From: Bacteroidota bacterium
GTDB lineage: Bacteria; Bacteroidota; Bacteroidia; AKYH767-A; 2013-40CM-41-45
Direction of reading: 5' to 3'
Assembly (NCBI GenBank): GCA_026391945.1
Contig: JAPLDA010000085.1
Span: 8,320-72,319 of the forward strand
Length of the DNA: 64,000 nt
This document shows positions 9,755 to 19,961 of this stretch, piece by piece. Numbering within the stretch: position 1 is the stretch's first letter; each line of letters starts with the position of its first letter. The position numbers and the translations under genes were made by a program. The notes under the pieces were generated by a model. That model searched no databases. It was not told the origin of the DNA and saw only the letters and a list, made by a program, of their open reading frames with translations.

Positions 9755-12700
9755 TTATATTCCTATCATGACACGGAAACCGTAACTCTTAATGCCGGGA
9801 TTGTTAAAGTAATCCAGTCCCTGACCATTTGCAGGTCCAACAAGACTTGTTTCCGGATCAACGCCCGAGTACTTGGTTTGCAGAATGAAATTATTGGCAA
9901 ACACAGTCATAGCCAAATTATAGAATCCGATTTTATGTGCCCACTTCTTAGGGAAGTTATAGCTGAGACTCACCTGACGCAATTTCACAAATGAACCGTC
10001 TTCAACATCTGGCTCAGTAGGGCCGATAAAACTATTTCCAATATTTTGCCAGTAATATTGACCTAAAGTCACCTGGGTTGTATTGGTGCCTCCAGGTCCC
10101 GGTAATTCCGTAATTCCATTTGCAGCATAATGAACAACATTACCTTGAATATCCAAATGACCATAAACTCCACTGAATGTTTTGGTGGCATTTCTGTCTT
10201 CTGTTTCTTTACCGGTTCCGAAATATGCCATTGCACCGCGTGTGCCATTCCAGATATCTCCTCCATGTCGGATATCAATTTGTCCTGAAAGCGTAAAACC
10301 TTTGTAAGTAAAGGAGGTAACGGCAGAACCAATCCATATGGGTTGAATATTTCCGATAACACCATTTTTAGTACCCGGAATTGGCATACCCATACCCGGA
10401 TCACCGGTAGCGTCATTAATTAGATATTGGCTATTAGGATCATTAGGATCAACACGAACATACCTGCTTCCATAAATCACCCCAAAAGGTTGTCCCTTTA
10501 CAGCATACAAACCTCCATTGGTGAATCCTGAAATAAAAAGATTATCAATACCCGGCGCTAAATCGGTTACCAAATTATTATTCTTACTCCAGTTCAAAGT
10601 TACATCCCATTGAAATCCATTTTTTAATTTAACGGGTGTGAGGTTAAGAGATAGCTCAACTCCTTTATTTGTAATAGTAGCAGCATTCAGCAGAGAGGAG
10701 GCAAATCCGGTTGTGTATGAAATAGGAACTGTGAAAATTCCATCCGTGGTTTTGTAATTGTAATAAGTAGCATTGAAACTAATCCTGTTTTCAATAAATG
10801 CAAGGTCAACACCTACTTCAAAAGAATTTGTATGTTCAGGTTTCAGATTAGGATTACCTATTACTGAAGTTGTGGAGCTGATAGAAAATCCAGGCTCACC
10901 GGCAAGTGGGTAAAAAATTCCAGGAGACCAGCCATCAAAAACATGAGTAGGCAGATATGGAGTAGTTGTTCCAAACGGAGGTGCATCTTTTCCGACACCG
11001 GCATACGAAACCCGAAGTTTTCCAAAGGGCAGGGTTTTATTATTAGCAAGCGAAGGGAGCTCTGTGAAAACCCAACCCGCACTGGCAGAAGGATAAAAGA
11101 ACGTGTTGTTATTTGCAGGCAACGTGGAGGATATTTCATTACGACCCGTCAGTGTCAAATAAAGTTGGGATTTGTAATCCAACGTAGCCTGGGCATACTC
11201 TGCCATCCTTCTGATTTTGACTTCACTTTCACTTGAAAAGAAAGAAATCGAATTGCCAAGATCAAACCAGGTAGGTACAGCGAAACCACTTCCGGAGGCA
11301 AGCCTGTTGGTACTATAATTTGCGTAATAATTATGACCTAAAATCAGGGAGGCATTCCAATCTTTATTAAATTTTCTTTGCATGGTAATGATTGCATCCG
11401 AATTATAAGATTTATTAGAATAGTCAACAAGGTAAATTGCCCCGGCTGAAAAAGCATTGGAATGAATATCATAACCGTTCTTTGTTGCCTGCGCATAAAA
11501 ATCTCCTCCGAGTCTATAGGTTAAAGTCATCCAGTCATATAACCTGTAATCAGCCTGGGCAGAACCAAATACGCGATCTAAATCCTGGTGATAAGGATTA
11601 CGGTTGATAGTCCAATAAGGATTATCATAACCGGCACCACCTCGGTAATCTCTTTCTGTTCCGGCTGGTGAAATAACGTAAGCAGCAGGATTATTTGCCG
11701 GATCGGATAGACCATTAGAATTATCAAAAGTGGTTGGAGTCCTCAGTAAACCTAACATTAAACCGGAAATGTTCGAGCCTTGCTGAACCTTATCGGTTTC
11801 TGATTTGATATAATTAACGGTTGCCGAAGCACTGAGTTTTTTTGTAAGCACTGATTGTCCGCTTAAACTAAAATTAGTTTTCACGTAACCGGTCAGGGGG
11901 ACAATTCCGGTTTGCTTAACATTCCCTATCGACATGCGGTAACCATTTTTATCGCTTCCTCCTGAAACGGCAATGTTGTTATCAGCAGTATACCCGGTAA
12001 CAAAAAAATCATACGGGTTGTAGGCTGTTACCGGAGTAAGTCCAGGTGCTGATGGGACAATGCTGCCGTGAGGATCCCACTGAGTAGGGATACCATCCCA
12101 GGCAAGAGTACTAATAGGAGCGCCCCAGGTAAATTTCTTGCCTGAACCACTTGGAGGTCCAGAATAAACTCCGTTCAATCCTTGCGAGTATATATTTTGA
12201 CGCTCTGGTAATCGATTCTCCTGGCTCCATGAAGAAGAAGAATTAATTGTTACAATCGGACCAGGTTGTGCATTTGCACCGCCACCTTTTTTTGTAGTAA
12301 TAATGATTGCACCACTTGCAGCTTCAATACCATAAAGTGCAGTAGCTGCAGGCCCTTTCAAAACAGTAATTGAAGCGATATCATTTGGATTGATATCAAT
12401 TCCCCGATTATCTGGATTAGTACCCCCAACCGAATTGCCATTTGCTCCGGATGCCAGAAAACCAAATCCATTTGTAGGATCATAATTATTGATTGAGTTG
12501 TCAATCGGTACACCATCAATAACAATGAGTGGCTGGTTACTTCCTGTCAAAGAAGTAACACCGCGTAACTGCATATAAGTTCCGCTTCCGGGATCGCCGG
12601 CACTGTTAATAACAGATAGGCCTGAAACTTTTCCACTTAGTTCGCTAAGCACATTCCCTGTTCCGGATTTTCCTAGCTGATCATCCGTAACTGTCTGGGT

Positions 12701-13069
12701 AGAATAACCAAGCGCTTTCTTTTCCCGACTGATGCCAAGTGCAGTTACAACCACCTCATCCAACTTAAACACATCTGATTCCATCACCAAGTCCAAATTA
12801 TTGGAAGCACCAATTTCAATTTCTTTTGTTTTCATCCCCACGGCTGAAAAGCGAAGGGTCTTAGCATTAGTTGGAATAACTAATTTATAATTACCGTCAA
12901 CATCGGTAGTGGTGCCGATCGTAGTTCCTTTTACTACAATGCTCACCCCGGGAATGCCTGACTTGTCATCAGCAGATGTCAATTTCCCGGTGATCGTTCT
13001 TTCCTGCGCTGTTGCATGAAGGCATAGGAATGCCAGCAGCATTACAATAAGTGTAGTTGTTTTTTTCAT
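9755..13069 (-). CDS. susC: SusC/RagA family TonB-linked outer membrane transporter
   Basis: Signal peptide, N-terminal carboxypeptidase-regulatory-like domain, plug, and a C-terminal beta-barrel ending in an aromatic residue; 1104 aa. No anti-sigma-type N-terminal extension. Confidence 0.9.
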   Translation of the reverse strand: MKKTTTLIVMLLAFLCLHATAQERTITGKLTSADDKSGIPGVSIVVKGTTIGTTTDVDGNYKLVIPTNAKTLRFSAVGMKTKEIEIGASNNLDLVMESDVFKLDEVVVTALGISREKKALGYSTQTVTDDQLGKSGTGNVLSELSGKVSGLSVINSAGDPGSGTYMQLRGVTSLTGSNQPLIVIDGVPIDNSINNYDPTNGFGFLASGANGNSVGGTNPDNRGIDINPNDIASITVLKGPAATALYGIEAASGAIIITTKKGGGANAQPGPIVTINSSSSWSQENRLPERQNIYSQGLNGVYSGPPSGSGKKFTWGAPISTLAWDGIPTQWDPHGSIVPSAPGLTPVTAYNPYDFFVTGYTADNNIAVSGGSDKNGYRMSIGNVKQTGIVPLTGYVKTNFSLSGQSVLTKKLSASATVNYIKSETDKVQQGSNISGLMLGLLRTPTTFDNSNGLSDPANNPAAYVISPAGTERDYRGGAGYDNPYWTINRNPYHQDLDRVFGSAQADYRLYDWMTLTYRLGGDFYAQATKNGYDIHSNAFSAGAIYLVDYSNKSYNSDAIITMQRKFNKDWNASLILGHNYYANYSTNRLASGSGFAVPTWFDLGNSISFFSSESEVKIRRMAEYAQATLDYKSQLYLTLTGRNEISSTLPANNNTFFYPSASAGWVFTELPSLANNKTLPFGKLRVSYAGVGKDAPPFGTTTPYLPTHVFDGWSPGIFYPLAGEPGFSISSTTSVIGNPNLKPEHTNSFEVGVDLAFIENRISFNATYYNYKTTDGIFTVPISYTTGFASSLLNAATITNKGVELSLNLTPVKLKNGFQWDVTLNWSKNNNLVTDLAPGIDNLFISGFTNGGLYAVKGQPFGVIYGSRYVRVDPNDPNSQYLINDATGDPGMGMPIPGTKNGVIGNIQPIWIGSAVTSFTYKGFTLSGQIDIRHGGDIWNGTRGAMAYFGTGKETEDRNATKTFSGVYGHLDIQGNVVHYAANGITELPGPGGTNTTQVTLGQYYWQNIGNSFIGPTEPDVEDGSFVKLRQVSLSYNFPKKWAHKIGFYNLAMTVFANNFILQTKYSGVDPETSLVGPANGQGLDYFNNPGIKSYGFRVMIGI

Positions 13070-13336
13070 AATTTTTTTTTTAGTTATTCTGAATTCATGA
13101 AAATTTGCTCAAGCTAACGAAAATAATTTTTCATTAACAAGTTTTTAACAAAAACTTTATGAACAGATTTTTTTAATCCCAATAAGTACGAATACATATA
13201 AATAAAAAAATTTCTCTGGTTTTGAACAACTTAAGGTTTATAACTAATAAATATACTTGCTTTACATTTTTCTTTTGCCATAAATTTGACGCCATTAATT
13301 CGAAACCAAACTAACTAAACCTAAAAACACAAAAAA

Positions 13337-14197
13337 ATGAAAAAAGTATTTTTAACAGTTGCATTCTTATCCGCAATCGGATTTGCAAATGCCCAGGACA
13401 TGTTGTCGAAAAAAGGAACTCCTATTCTTCCGGAAGAAAAAGACTGGTCAATTGGCTTTGATGCCATGCCGGTTCTGAATTATTTTGGAAACCTGATGAG
13501 CGGATACACCTACCAGAACCAGGCTGCCATCCGTTACCAGACTCCTTATACACTTGTTGGAAAAATGATGAAGGATGCCAACACTGCTTACCGTGCCAAA
13601 CTTAGAATTGGTTTTGGTTCTACTTCCATTGACAATTTTGCTAATGATGATACTTACACCGGCACTGGTGTTCCTCCAAAAGTTACGGATACCTGGAAAA
13701 ACAGCACGATGAATATTACGATTGGCGGCGGTATCCAGAAATACAGGGGCAAAGGCCGGTTGAAAGGGTATTATGGTGCTGAAGCAGCAGTTATGCTGGG
13801 CAGCGATAAGCATACCTATTCTTATGGTAATGCCATCACGTCAACCAATACTTCTCCGACTACTTCTGATTGGAATGCTCCTATTACAGGCGGAGGTTAC
13901 AACACGACTTCTATGTCAAACAGGCTTACTGAAGAAAAATCAGGTTCTACATTCGGAGTCGCATTGCGCGGTTTCATCGGTGCTGAATATTTCTTCGCTC
14001 CAAAAATGTCGGTAGGTGCTGAATACGGCTGGGGACTTAATTTAAGTTCAACAGGTGAAGGTTCAAGTACAGTGGAAAGTTGGGATGGCACTGCCAATGC
14101 AGTAAAAACAACTACTTCAAAAGTTGGCGGTAGTTCTTTTTTCGGTCTTGATGTTGATAATGCTGCCGGATCGGTTTACCTCTCCCTTTATTTCTAA
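13337..14197 (+). CDS. small outer-membrane beta-barrel protein (porin-family-like), hypothetical
   Basis: Signal peptide MKKVFLTVAFLSAIGFANAQ, alternating amphipathic strands, and a C-terminal ...YLSLYF. Confidence 0.6.
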   Translation: MKKVFLTVAFLSAIGFANAQDMLSKKGTPILPEEKDWSIGFDAMPVLNYFGNLMSGYTYQNQAAIRYQTPYTLVGKMMKDANTAYRAKLRIGFGSTSIDNFANDDTYTGTGVPPKVTDTWKNSTMNITIGGGIQKYRGKGRLKGYYGAEAAVMLGSDKHTYSYGNAITSTNTSPTTSDWNAPITGGGYNTTSMSNRLTEEKSGSTFGVALRGFIGAEYFFAPKMSVGAEYGWGLNLSSTGEGSSTVESWDGTANAVKTTTSKVGGSSFFGLDVDNAAGSVYLSLYF

Positions 14198-14220
14198 TAT
14201 TCGAATTAATTTTTTCAAAA

Positions 14221-14254
14221 GGAGTCTGCCCGCAAAGGCAGGCTCTTTTTTTCT
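14221..14254 (+). terminator. rho-independent terminator
   Basis: GGAGTCTGCC-cgcaaa-GGCAGGCTC followed by TTTTTTT. Confidence 0.7.
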
Positions 14255-14422
14255 CTCAGAATATTCCACTCAATCAGATTGGAAATATGATTTCCGAAAA
14301 ATCAGCTTTTCAAGCTGATTCATACACATTCCATTGTGGAAAAAAAGAAAACGTATCAAATTTGGAAATACAACAAAAGACACTACATTTGCGCACATAA
14401 ACCTCAAAAAAACACATAACAA

Positions 14423-15172
14423 ATGAAAAAAATTGTATTAATTGCTTTAGGCGCGCTTATGTTTACAGCAAATGCTGATGCACAAAAACAAGCCGGTAAT
14501 GAAAAAAATCTTCAGGTTCTTTTTGCTCCGCTTGGTGGAAGCCCGGTTTCTCTGAATGGTGGTGGAATCAGTTTCAGAAAATTTAATTCTGATGGAACCT
14601 CTGCATGGAGATTGAATCTTTTTATTGGATTAAACAACAAGACTGAGGTTACCGGTCAACCTATTGATACCGGAAGTTACACTACAGGCGGTGGCAAACC
14701 TGAATTGGACAAAAAGACTTCAGGAATGACTATTGGTCTTCGTCCGGGTTATGAAAAGCATTTTGCCGGTACTGAAAAACTTTCTCCTTACATCGGAGCT
14801 GAAATTCTTTTCAGTATGACGACAAAAACAGTTAAAGAAGACCAACTTGGTAACAATGGTACCAACACTTCTGCTGCAACAGCCTGGTCAGTTTTAACAG
14901 AAGAAAGAAAAGGTGATGGTGCAAGCACTACATTTGGTGTGAACCTGATTGCCGGTATGGACTATTACATCGCTAAAAACCTGGCACTCGGCGCTGAATT
15001 CGGTTTTGGTTTCTCAACTACCAGCATGCCTGATATCGAGCAAACTTCAGCTCAGAACAATTCAACAACAGGCGCTTTTGAACTCGTAACTGATCCTAAA
15101 CAAAAACAAGGATCATCTATGAACGTAGGCCCGAATGTTACTGGACAACTTAAATTGGGCTGGTTGTTTTAG
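14423..15172 (+). CDS. small outer-membrane beta-barrel protein, paralog of 13337-14197
   Basis: Signal peptide. Shares the block TFGV.L..G.DYYIA...LGAEFGFG with the upstream gene. C-terminal ...KLGWLF. Confidence 0.6.
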   Translation: MKKIVLIALGALMFTANADAQKQAGNEKNLQVLFAPLGGSPVSLNGGGISFRKFNSDGTSAWRLNLFIGLNNKTEVTGQPIDTGSYTTGGGKPELDKKTSGMTIGLRPGYEKHFAGTEKLSPYIGAEILFSMTTKTVKEDQLGNNGTNTSAATAWSVLTEERKGDGASTTFGVNLIAGMDYYIAKNLALGAEFGFGFSTTSMPDIEQTSAQNNSTTGAFELVTDPKQKQGSSMNVGPNVTGQLKLGWLF

Positions 15173-15250
15173 TACTTACAATTCTTATATTTGAGTCCAC
15201 CAGAGGCGGATTATAAATCGTAAATTGTAAATATTAAACCTATACTTAAA

Positions 15251-16102
15251 ATGAAAAATATCAAATTTAAATCGGCATTAGTTCTCTTTATCGGGTCGGT
15301 TCTGTTATTTTCATCTTGCTCTAAAAAGGATGATGCTCCTTATGGAAGTTCATCAACCACCAGCAAGAATGAAGCACTTGACAGGAGAATTAAAACCTTG
15401 ATCCATAAGATTCCTAACATTGTGTATAAAAGGGCAGCGTTAAGAACCGGTGCCGGTACACTGAATACTCAAAGCGGATTTGACTTCTCTGACCCTAACA
15501 GCGGATACAATTATTCGTCTCCTTCCGGTGTTACATGGTCTACCAGTTCAAATACGATGTACCTGTCAGCTAGTTCACTGGGCAGTAATCCTTCCGGTGG
15601 AACAGTTGTCGCCGGATCGAGTGCGCTTGACATGAATTATACGTTCTGCTTTACATCAACGGATCCTGCTGGTGGAGTGGGTTTATTCAACACTGGAGCA
15701 CCAACGAACGGCGTTTCCGGTGTGATCGGAGTGAGTGGTGATTTTGCTGCTTTGGCAAATGCAAATGATTCTACCTCATTTTCCGACATCTTCCATGGTC
15801 TGGCGTTTTACTTTGTGTATGACGGACAGGCTTCCGGATCTTATGATGTGATCGACTGGTCGAATGCAAACTGGAGTGATTCAACAAGTATCGACCAGAA
15901 ATGCTTCGCTTACGTATTTGATTTCGTGAACGGGAAGTTATATTTTTCCCTTTCAGGAACTCTGAATGTAACAGGAGGATCCATGGATTTCAACGGACAG
16001 TATCTTGAAATTTCCGGATTTATTCTGGATCAAAACGGACTGAATACAAACAACATCACCTACCGGACAGTTCCCGGATTCGGTGCCATGGGTTGTAATT
16101 AA
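15251..16102 (+). CDS. hypothetical lipoprotein (Ser/Thr/Gly-rich)
   Basis: Lipobox MKNIKFKSALVLFIGSVLLFSSCSKKDD. No recognisable domain. Confidence 0.5.
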   Translation: MKNIKFKSALVLFIGSVLLFSSCSKKDDAPYGSSSTTSKNEALDRRIKTLIHKIPNIVYKRAALRTGAGTLNTQSGFDFSDPNSGYNYSSPSGVTWSTSSNTMYLSASSLGSNPSGGTVVAGSSALDMNYTFCFTSTDPAGGVGLFNTGAPTNGVSGVIGVSGDFAALANANDSTSFSDIFHGLAFYFVYDGQASGSYDVIDWSNANWSDSTSIDQKCFAYVFDFVNGKLYFSLSGTLNVTGGSMDFNGQYLEISGFILDQNGLNTNNITYRTVPGFGAMGCN

Positions 16103-16124
16103 TCCGTATTGGTTAACCATTGTT

Positions 16125-16165
16125 GCGAGAGGTTGTTGCTGCAAAGCGACAACCTCTTTGCTTTA
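16125..16165 (+). terminator. rho-independent terminator
   Basis: GCGAGAGGTTGTTGC-tgcaaa-GCGACAACCTCTTTGC stem-loop. Confidence 0.6.
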
Positions 16166-16315
16166 AAGAAGATTTTCGAAACCGTTTTTACGTAATCCGT
16201 TTTATCAATCGCTGCACTTAATCTTCTTTGAAAAGCAGAGGAATCAAAAAAAATTATTCCTTTGTCATCAACCAGTCAATACAAAACTTATCTTTGAAAC
16301 TCAAAAAAATCAACC

Positions 16316-16660
16316 ATGGACATTACAGGAAAAGTAATCAAAGCACTTCAGTTGCAGTCAGGACAAGGGAAAAACGGCGTATGGAAAAAACAGGATTACA
16401 TCCTGGAATTGCCTTCAGAAAAATTTCCTAAAAAAGTGTGCATTACGATTTGGGGTGATAACATCGAGAAATTCAAAATATCGGAAGGACAAACCATCAC
16501 GGCAAGTATTGATATCGAGAGCCGGGAATTCAACGGACGGTGGTATACCGATGTAAAAGCCTGGAAAGTCAGTTCCGGTGACATGCCTGTTTCCCAGGAA
16601 AACCAGGAAGTTTATTATCCTGAGAATTCTTCTAAAGAAAAAGATGATTTACCTTTTTAA
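16316..16660 (+). CDS. DUF3127 domain-containing protein
   Basis: MDITGKVIKALQLQSGQGKNGVWKKQDYILE... is the characteristic Bacteroidota DUF3127 N-terminus. Confidence 0.65.
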   Translation: MDITGKVIKALQLQSGQGKNGVWKKQDYILELPSEKFPKKVCITIWGDNIEKFKISEGQTITASIDIESREFNGRWYTDVKAWKVSSGDMPVSQENQEVYYPENSSKEKDDLPF

Positions 16661-16728
16661 GGCTGACTGAATTTCCGGTTAAATTTTTTCGGAATATTTC
16701 GAAAGCACTGGTTTGATCATTTCATGTA

Positions 16729-17208
16729 CTACCTGCTTAACAGGAAGAGAAGAAACCCAATCACGATAATGGAAACAACAGAGCCGGCTACCAGTGCCCG
16801 GATGTAATCTCTTTCGTTTTTCCTCAGTCGCTGTAGTTCATTGATCTTAAGAATAGTGGTGAGCACGGTGGTGAATGTACTTTCGGTTCCTTTCATGTAA
16901 TAATCAACAGCTCCGTTCTTCAGCGCCTTTAATGCAATGGCGATATTGTCCTGCGCAGATAATATAATCACCGGAATTTTCGGATCTCTCTTCCTGATTT
17001 CTTCCATCACCTGTAAGCCATTCATTTTGGAATACGTTCCAAAATCAAAGTCGCAAATCACCAATCGTTTGTCGCTTTTTTTCATGGACAAAATGAACTC
17101 TTCTCCAGTCGAAAAACATTCTACCTGCTCAATCTTCATGGATTGGAGATAGTCTTTCAATGCCTCCCGAAACATCGGGTCGTCATCAATGATAGAAACG
17201 GTAAACAT
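16729..17208 (-). CDS. response-regulator receiver domain protein with a C-terminal transmembrane anchor and no output domain
   Basis: REC fold: IIDDD acidic pocket, phospho-acceptor Asp in VICDFDFG, conserved Ser/Lys downstream. The last ~22 aa (LVAGSVVSIIVIGFLLFLLSR) are hydrophobic. Confidence 0.65.
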   Translation of the reverse strand: MFTVSIIDDDPMFREALKDYLQSMKIEQVECFSTGEEFILSMKKSDKRLVICDFDFGTYSKMNGLQVMEEIRKRDPKIPVIILSAQDNIAIALKALKNGAVDYYMKGTESTFTTVLTTILKINELQRLRKNERDYIRALVAGSVVSIIVIGFLLFLLSR

Positions 17209-17411
17209 CAGTTCCTGCTTTTCTTCTGAACCAGCGTTCAGGACAAGATGATACAATTCATACATGGTATTTTGTTTTGAAAAAAATGGCGTAATGGTAT
17301 TCGTAAAGGATGCAAACGATTGCAGCAGATCAAAGATAATGGATTCGGAATTTTTAAAAGATTTTTTTTAATTAAATTTGAAACTTGTAAAAACATCCTT
17401 CTCATCTTGCC

Positions 17412-19010
17412 ATGAAAAAAAATATGAAGTCAATGAAAAAACTCTACACCCTCGCTGTTTTTATTTTCCTGGTTATTTCTGTCCATGCACAATGGGTTGC
17501 CGATACCAACGTACGGAACATCATCTGCAATGTAAGCGGAACACAATACCAACCCCGCATCTGTTCCGATAATCACCACGGCGCTTTCATCGCATGGACT
17601 GATTACAGAACCGTTCATCCCGGCATTTACATGCAGCACATCGACAGTTTGGGCTACACGCTATGGACAACGAATGGAATGTTGTTTACGGATACTACAT
17701 TGCCTTTTTCACCCTACAATCCTGACATTACCAGTGATGGCAATGGTAGAGTGATCCTGGTTTTTGCCAGAACTCAATTAGGAGGAGCCGATCATCTTTT
17801 TGCAACGAGGGTGGATGGAAGCGGAAACATGTTGTGGCCGACTGTAAATATGGATGTCTTCGGTGATGCGCGGAATCCCGAAATTCACAACGACGGAATG
17901 GGAGGAGCCATCATCAACTGGTATCGCTATCCCGGCCCGCAAATTTTTGTACAGTGGATTGATTCTTCCGGACAGGTTCATCTTCCGGCCAACGGACTTC
18001 AGATCACCAATTCAAACGCTGCTCATTATGATAGCCATGCCGCCATTGCCGGTGATGGTACTGCTTATGTAGCCTGGGAAGATTACGATACACTCAGGCT
18101 TTCACGCTTCGATACTTCAGGCAATGTATTGTGGCCGGTGCCTGTAACTCTTTCAAACAGTTTCAGCCATTTTGCAAATGAATATGCGTTGATGGTGAAT
18201 GCCAACCACGATGTAATTGTTTTCTGGAAAGATGTACGTGCTATATCTCCCGGGTTATATGCACAACGCATTGATACAACCGGTGCGATCGCGTGGATAG
18301 CCGGCGGACAGCCGATTGATACACTCATCACGAGTGTGAATACAATTTCATTAACCACCGATGGCAACAATGGTAATTTTGTTTCTTATGGTGGCAATAC
18401 CACCAGGATTCAGCGAGTAGGATTAAACGGACAAACTTTTTTCAATCCCGTTGTGCAAACGTGTTCTTCCGGGTACGAAACGTATTCTTACATCCGGTCG
18501 GATTCGCACAACGGAGCCATCGTGGTGTGGCAGGATGGAAGGGGAAACAATGGTGTGTATGCGCAGCGCATTGATACCGCCGGCAATTTATGGTGGAGGA
18601 GTTGTGGTTCGCCCGTTTACACCAATTACAATGTCGGAACCAACAACGACATGCATGCCATTGCCAATGACGATGGAACAGGAATCGCCGTTTTCCTTTA
18701 TGTGCAGGGTGATGTGGTGTGTGCAAAAGTGGACGACATCCTCACCACCGGAATGGAAGCATTGCATGGCAACAACCTCATCCAGGTATTTCCGAATCCT
18801 GCCAATGATGAAATTCATGTGGTTGTTTCCGAATCCTTGCATCATGTTCAGATAAAGTTGTTTGACGTAATGGGGCAGTTGGTTTTATCGAACGAGCAAA
18901 CCAATTTCCTGTCGGCCACATTTTCTGTAAAGAATTTTGAAAAAGGAATTTACTTTTTATCCTTTCAGTCCGATCAGTTTACTTCTGTAAAAAGGATGGT
19001 GGTGAATTAA
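17412..19010 (+). CDS. T9SS C-terminal-sorting-domain cargo protein with about eight W-D-R...PG-Y-Q-ID..G repeats (beta-propeller-like)
   Basis: Signal peptide. Repeats GAFIAWTDYRTVHPGIYMQHIDSLG, GGAIINWYRYPGPQIFVQWIDSSG, HDVIVFWKDVRAISPGLYAQRIDTTG, NGAIVVWQDGRGNNGVYAQRIDTAG and others. C-terminus reads VFPNPANDEIHVV...GIYFLSF, typical of a T9SS CTD. Confidence 0.7.
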   Translation: MKKNMKSMKKLYTLAVFIFLVISVHAQWVADTNVRNIICNVSGTQYQPRICSDNHHGAFIAWTDYRTVHPGIYMQHIDSLGYTLWTTNGMLFTDTTLPFSPYNPDITSDGNGRVILVFARTQLGGADHLFATRVDGSGNMLWPTVNMDVFGDARNPEIHNDGMGGAIINWYRYPGPQIFVQWIDSSGQVHLPANGLQITNSNAAHYDSHAAIAGDGTAYVAWEDYDTLRLSRFDTSGNVLWPVPVTLSNSFSHFANEYALMVNANHDVIVFWKDVRAISPGLYAQRIDTTGAIAWIAGGQPIDTLITSVNTISLTTDGNNGNFVSYGGNTTRIQRVGLNGQTFFNPVVQTCSSGYETYSYIRSDSHNGAIVVWQDGRGNNGVYAQRIDTAGNLWWRSCGSPVYTNYNVGTNNDMHAIANDDGTGIAVFLYVQGDVVCAKVDDILTTGMEALHGNNLIQVFPNPANDEIHVVVSESLHHVQIKLFDVMGQLVLSNEQTNFLSATFSVKNFEKGIYFLSFQSDQFTSVKRMVVN

Positions 19011-19121
19011 TTTGTTGTCTTCAATAGAATTTTTTTGAAGCGACACATTTTCGCGTTGATCCGCCTCCGTTCCCGCTGTCCGCGATTCTCCTTCGTCGAA
19101 TCGCTACCATCGGGGCTATGA

Positions 19122-19961
19122 ATGAGGTTTTCAGTTTCATCGTTCCTCGCTGTTTTTTTCTACTTTCGCAGGGTGAAAAAAGAAAGACCAGTTATTCTCG
19201 TTACCAATGATGACGGAGTTACCGCTCCCGGGCTACATGCATTGGTGGAAGCGGTTCAGCCGCTTGGTGATGTGTTCGTGGTAGCTCCCGACAGTCCGCA
19301 ATCCGGTATGGGACATGCCATTACCATCAACAACCTGTTACGGCTCGATAAAGTGGGGATGCATGGCGAAACCCAATGGCATCAATGCTCCGGTACGCCG
19401 GTTGACTGTGTGAAGATCGCCATCGATAAAATTCTTCACCGCAAACCCGATCTCTGTGTGTCAGGAATCAATCATGGTTCCAATTCTTCCATCAACGTAA
19501 TTTATTCAGGTACCATGTCGGCCGCCATGGAAGGAGCCATTGAAGGAATTCCATCGATTGGTTTTTCATTCCTGAATTATTCGCTGGAAGCCGATTTAAC
19601 CGGTCCGAAAAAATTCGCCCGCGTCATTGCCAAAAATGTTCTGGAACATGGATTACCCGAAGGAACGTTGCTGAACGTGAACATTCCGAATGTTCCGTAC
19701 AAGGAAATCAAAGGAGTGAAAATCTGCCGGCAGGCCATGGCAAAGTGGGAGGAAGAATTTGATGAACGCCTCGATCCGAACAAACGGAAATACTACTGGC
19801 TCACCGGCAAGTTTAAAAATTATGATCACGGTGAAGATACCGATGAATGGGCGCTTGCCAATGGATATGTTTCCATCGTACCGGTACAGTTTGATTTCAC
19901 TGCTCACCATGCCATTTCTTTTCTCAACAAATTAAATTACGATGTGGAAAAAATTTCCTGA
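19122..19961 (+). CDS. surE: 5'/3'-nucleotidase SurE
   Basis: ILVTNDDGVTAPGL...VVAPDSPQSG...GTPVDCV motifs. The true start may be an internal GTG near 19170. Confidence 0.85.
   Translation: MRFSVSSFLAVFFYFRRVKKERPVILVTNDDGVTAPGLHALVEAVQPLGDVFVVAPDSPQSGMGHAITINNLLRLDKVGMHGETQWHQCSGTPVDCVKIAIDKILHRKPDLCVSGINHGSNSSINVIYSGTMSAAMEGAIEGIPSIGFSFLNYSLEADLTGPKKFARVIAKNVLEHGLPEGTLLNVNIPNVPYKEIKGVKICRQAMAKWEEEFDERLDPNKRKYYWLTGKFKNYDHGEDTDEWALANGYVSIVPVQFDFTAHHAISFLNKLNYDVEKIS

Noticed and set aside
13070-13336. AT-rich 267-bp region upstream of susC as a possible mobile-element scar.
   Set aside because: No inverted or direct repeats and no integrase. It is consistent with an ordinary divergent promoter region.
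16228-16431. A 67-aa ORF overlapping the start of the DUF3127 gene.
   Set aside because: It is in a different frame from a well-supported conserved gene and has a basic low-complexity product.
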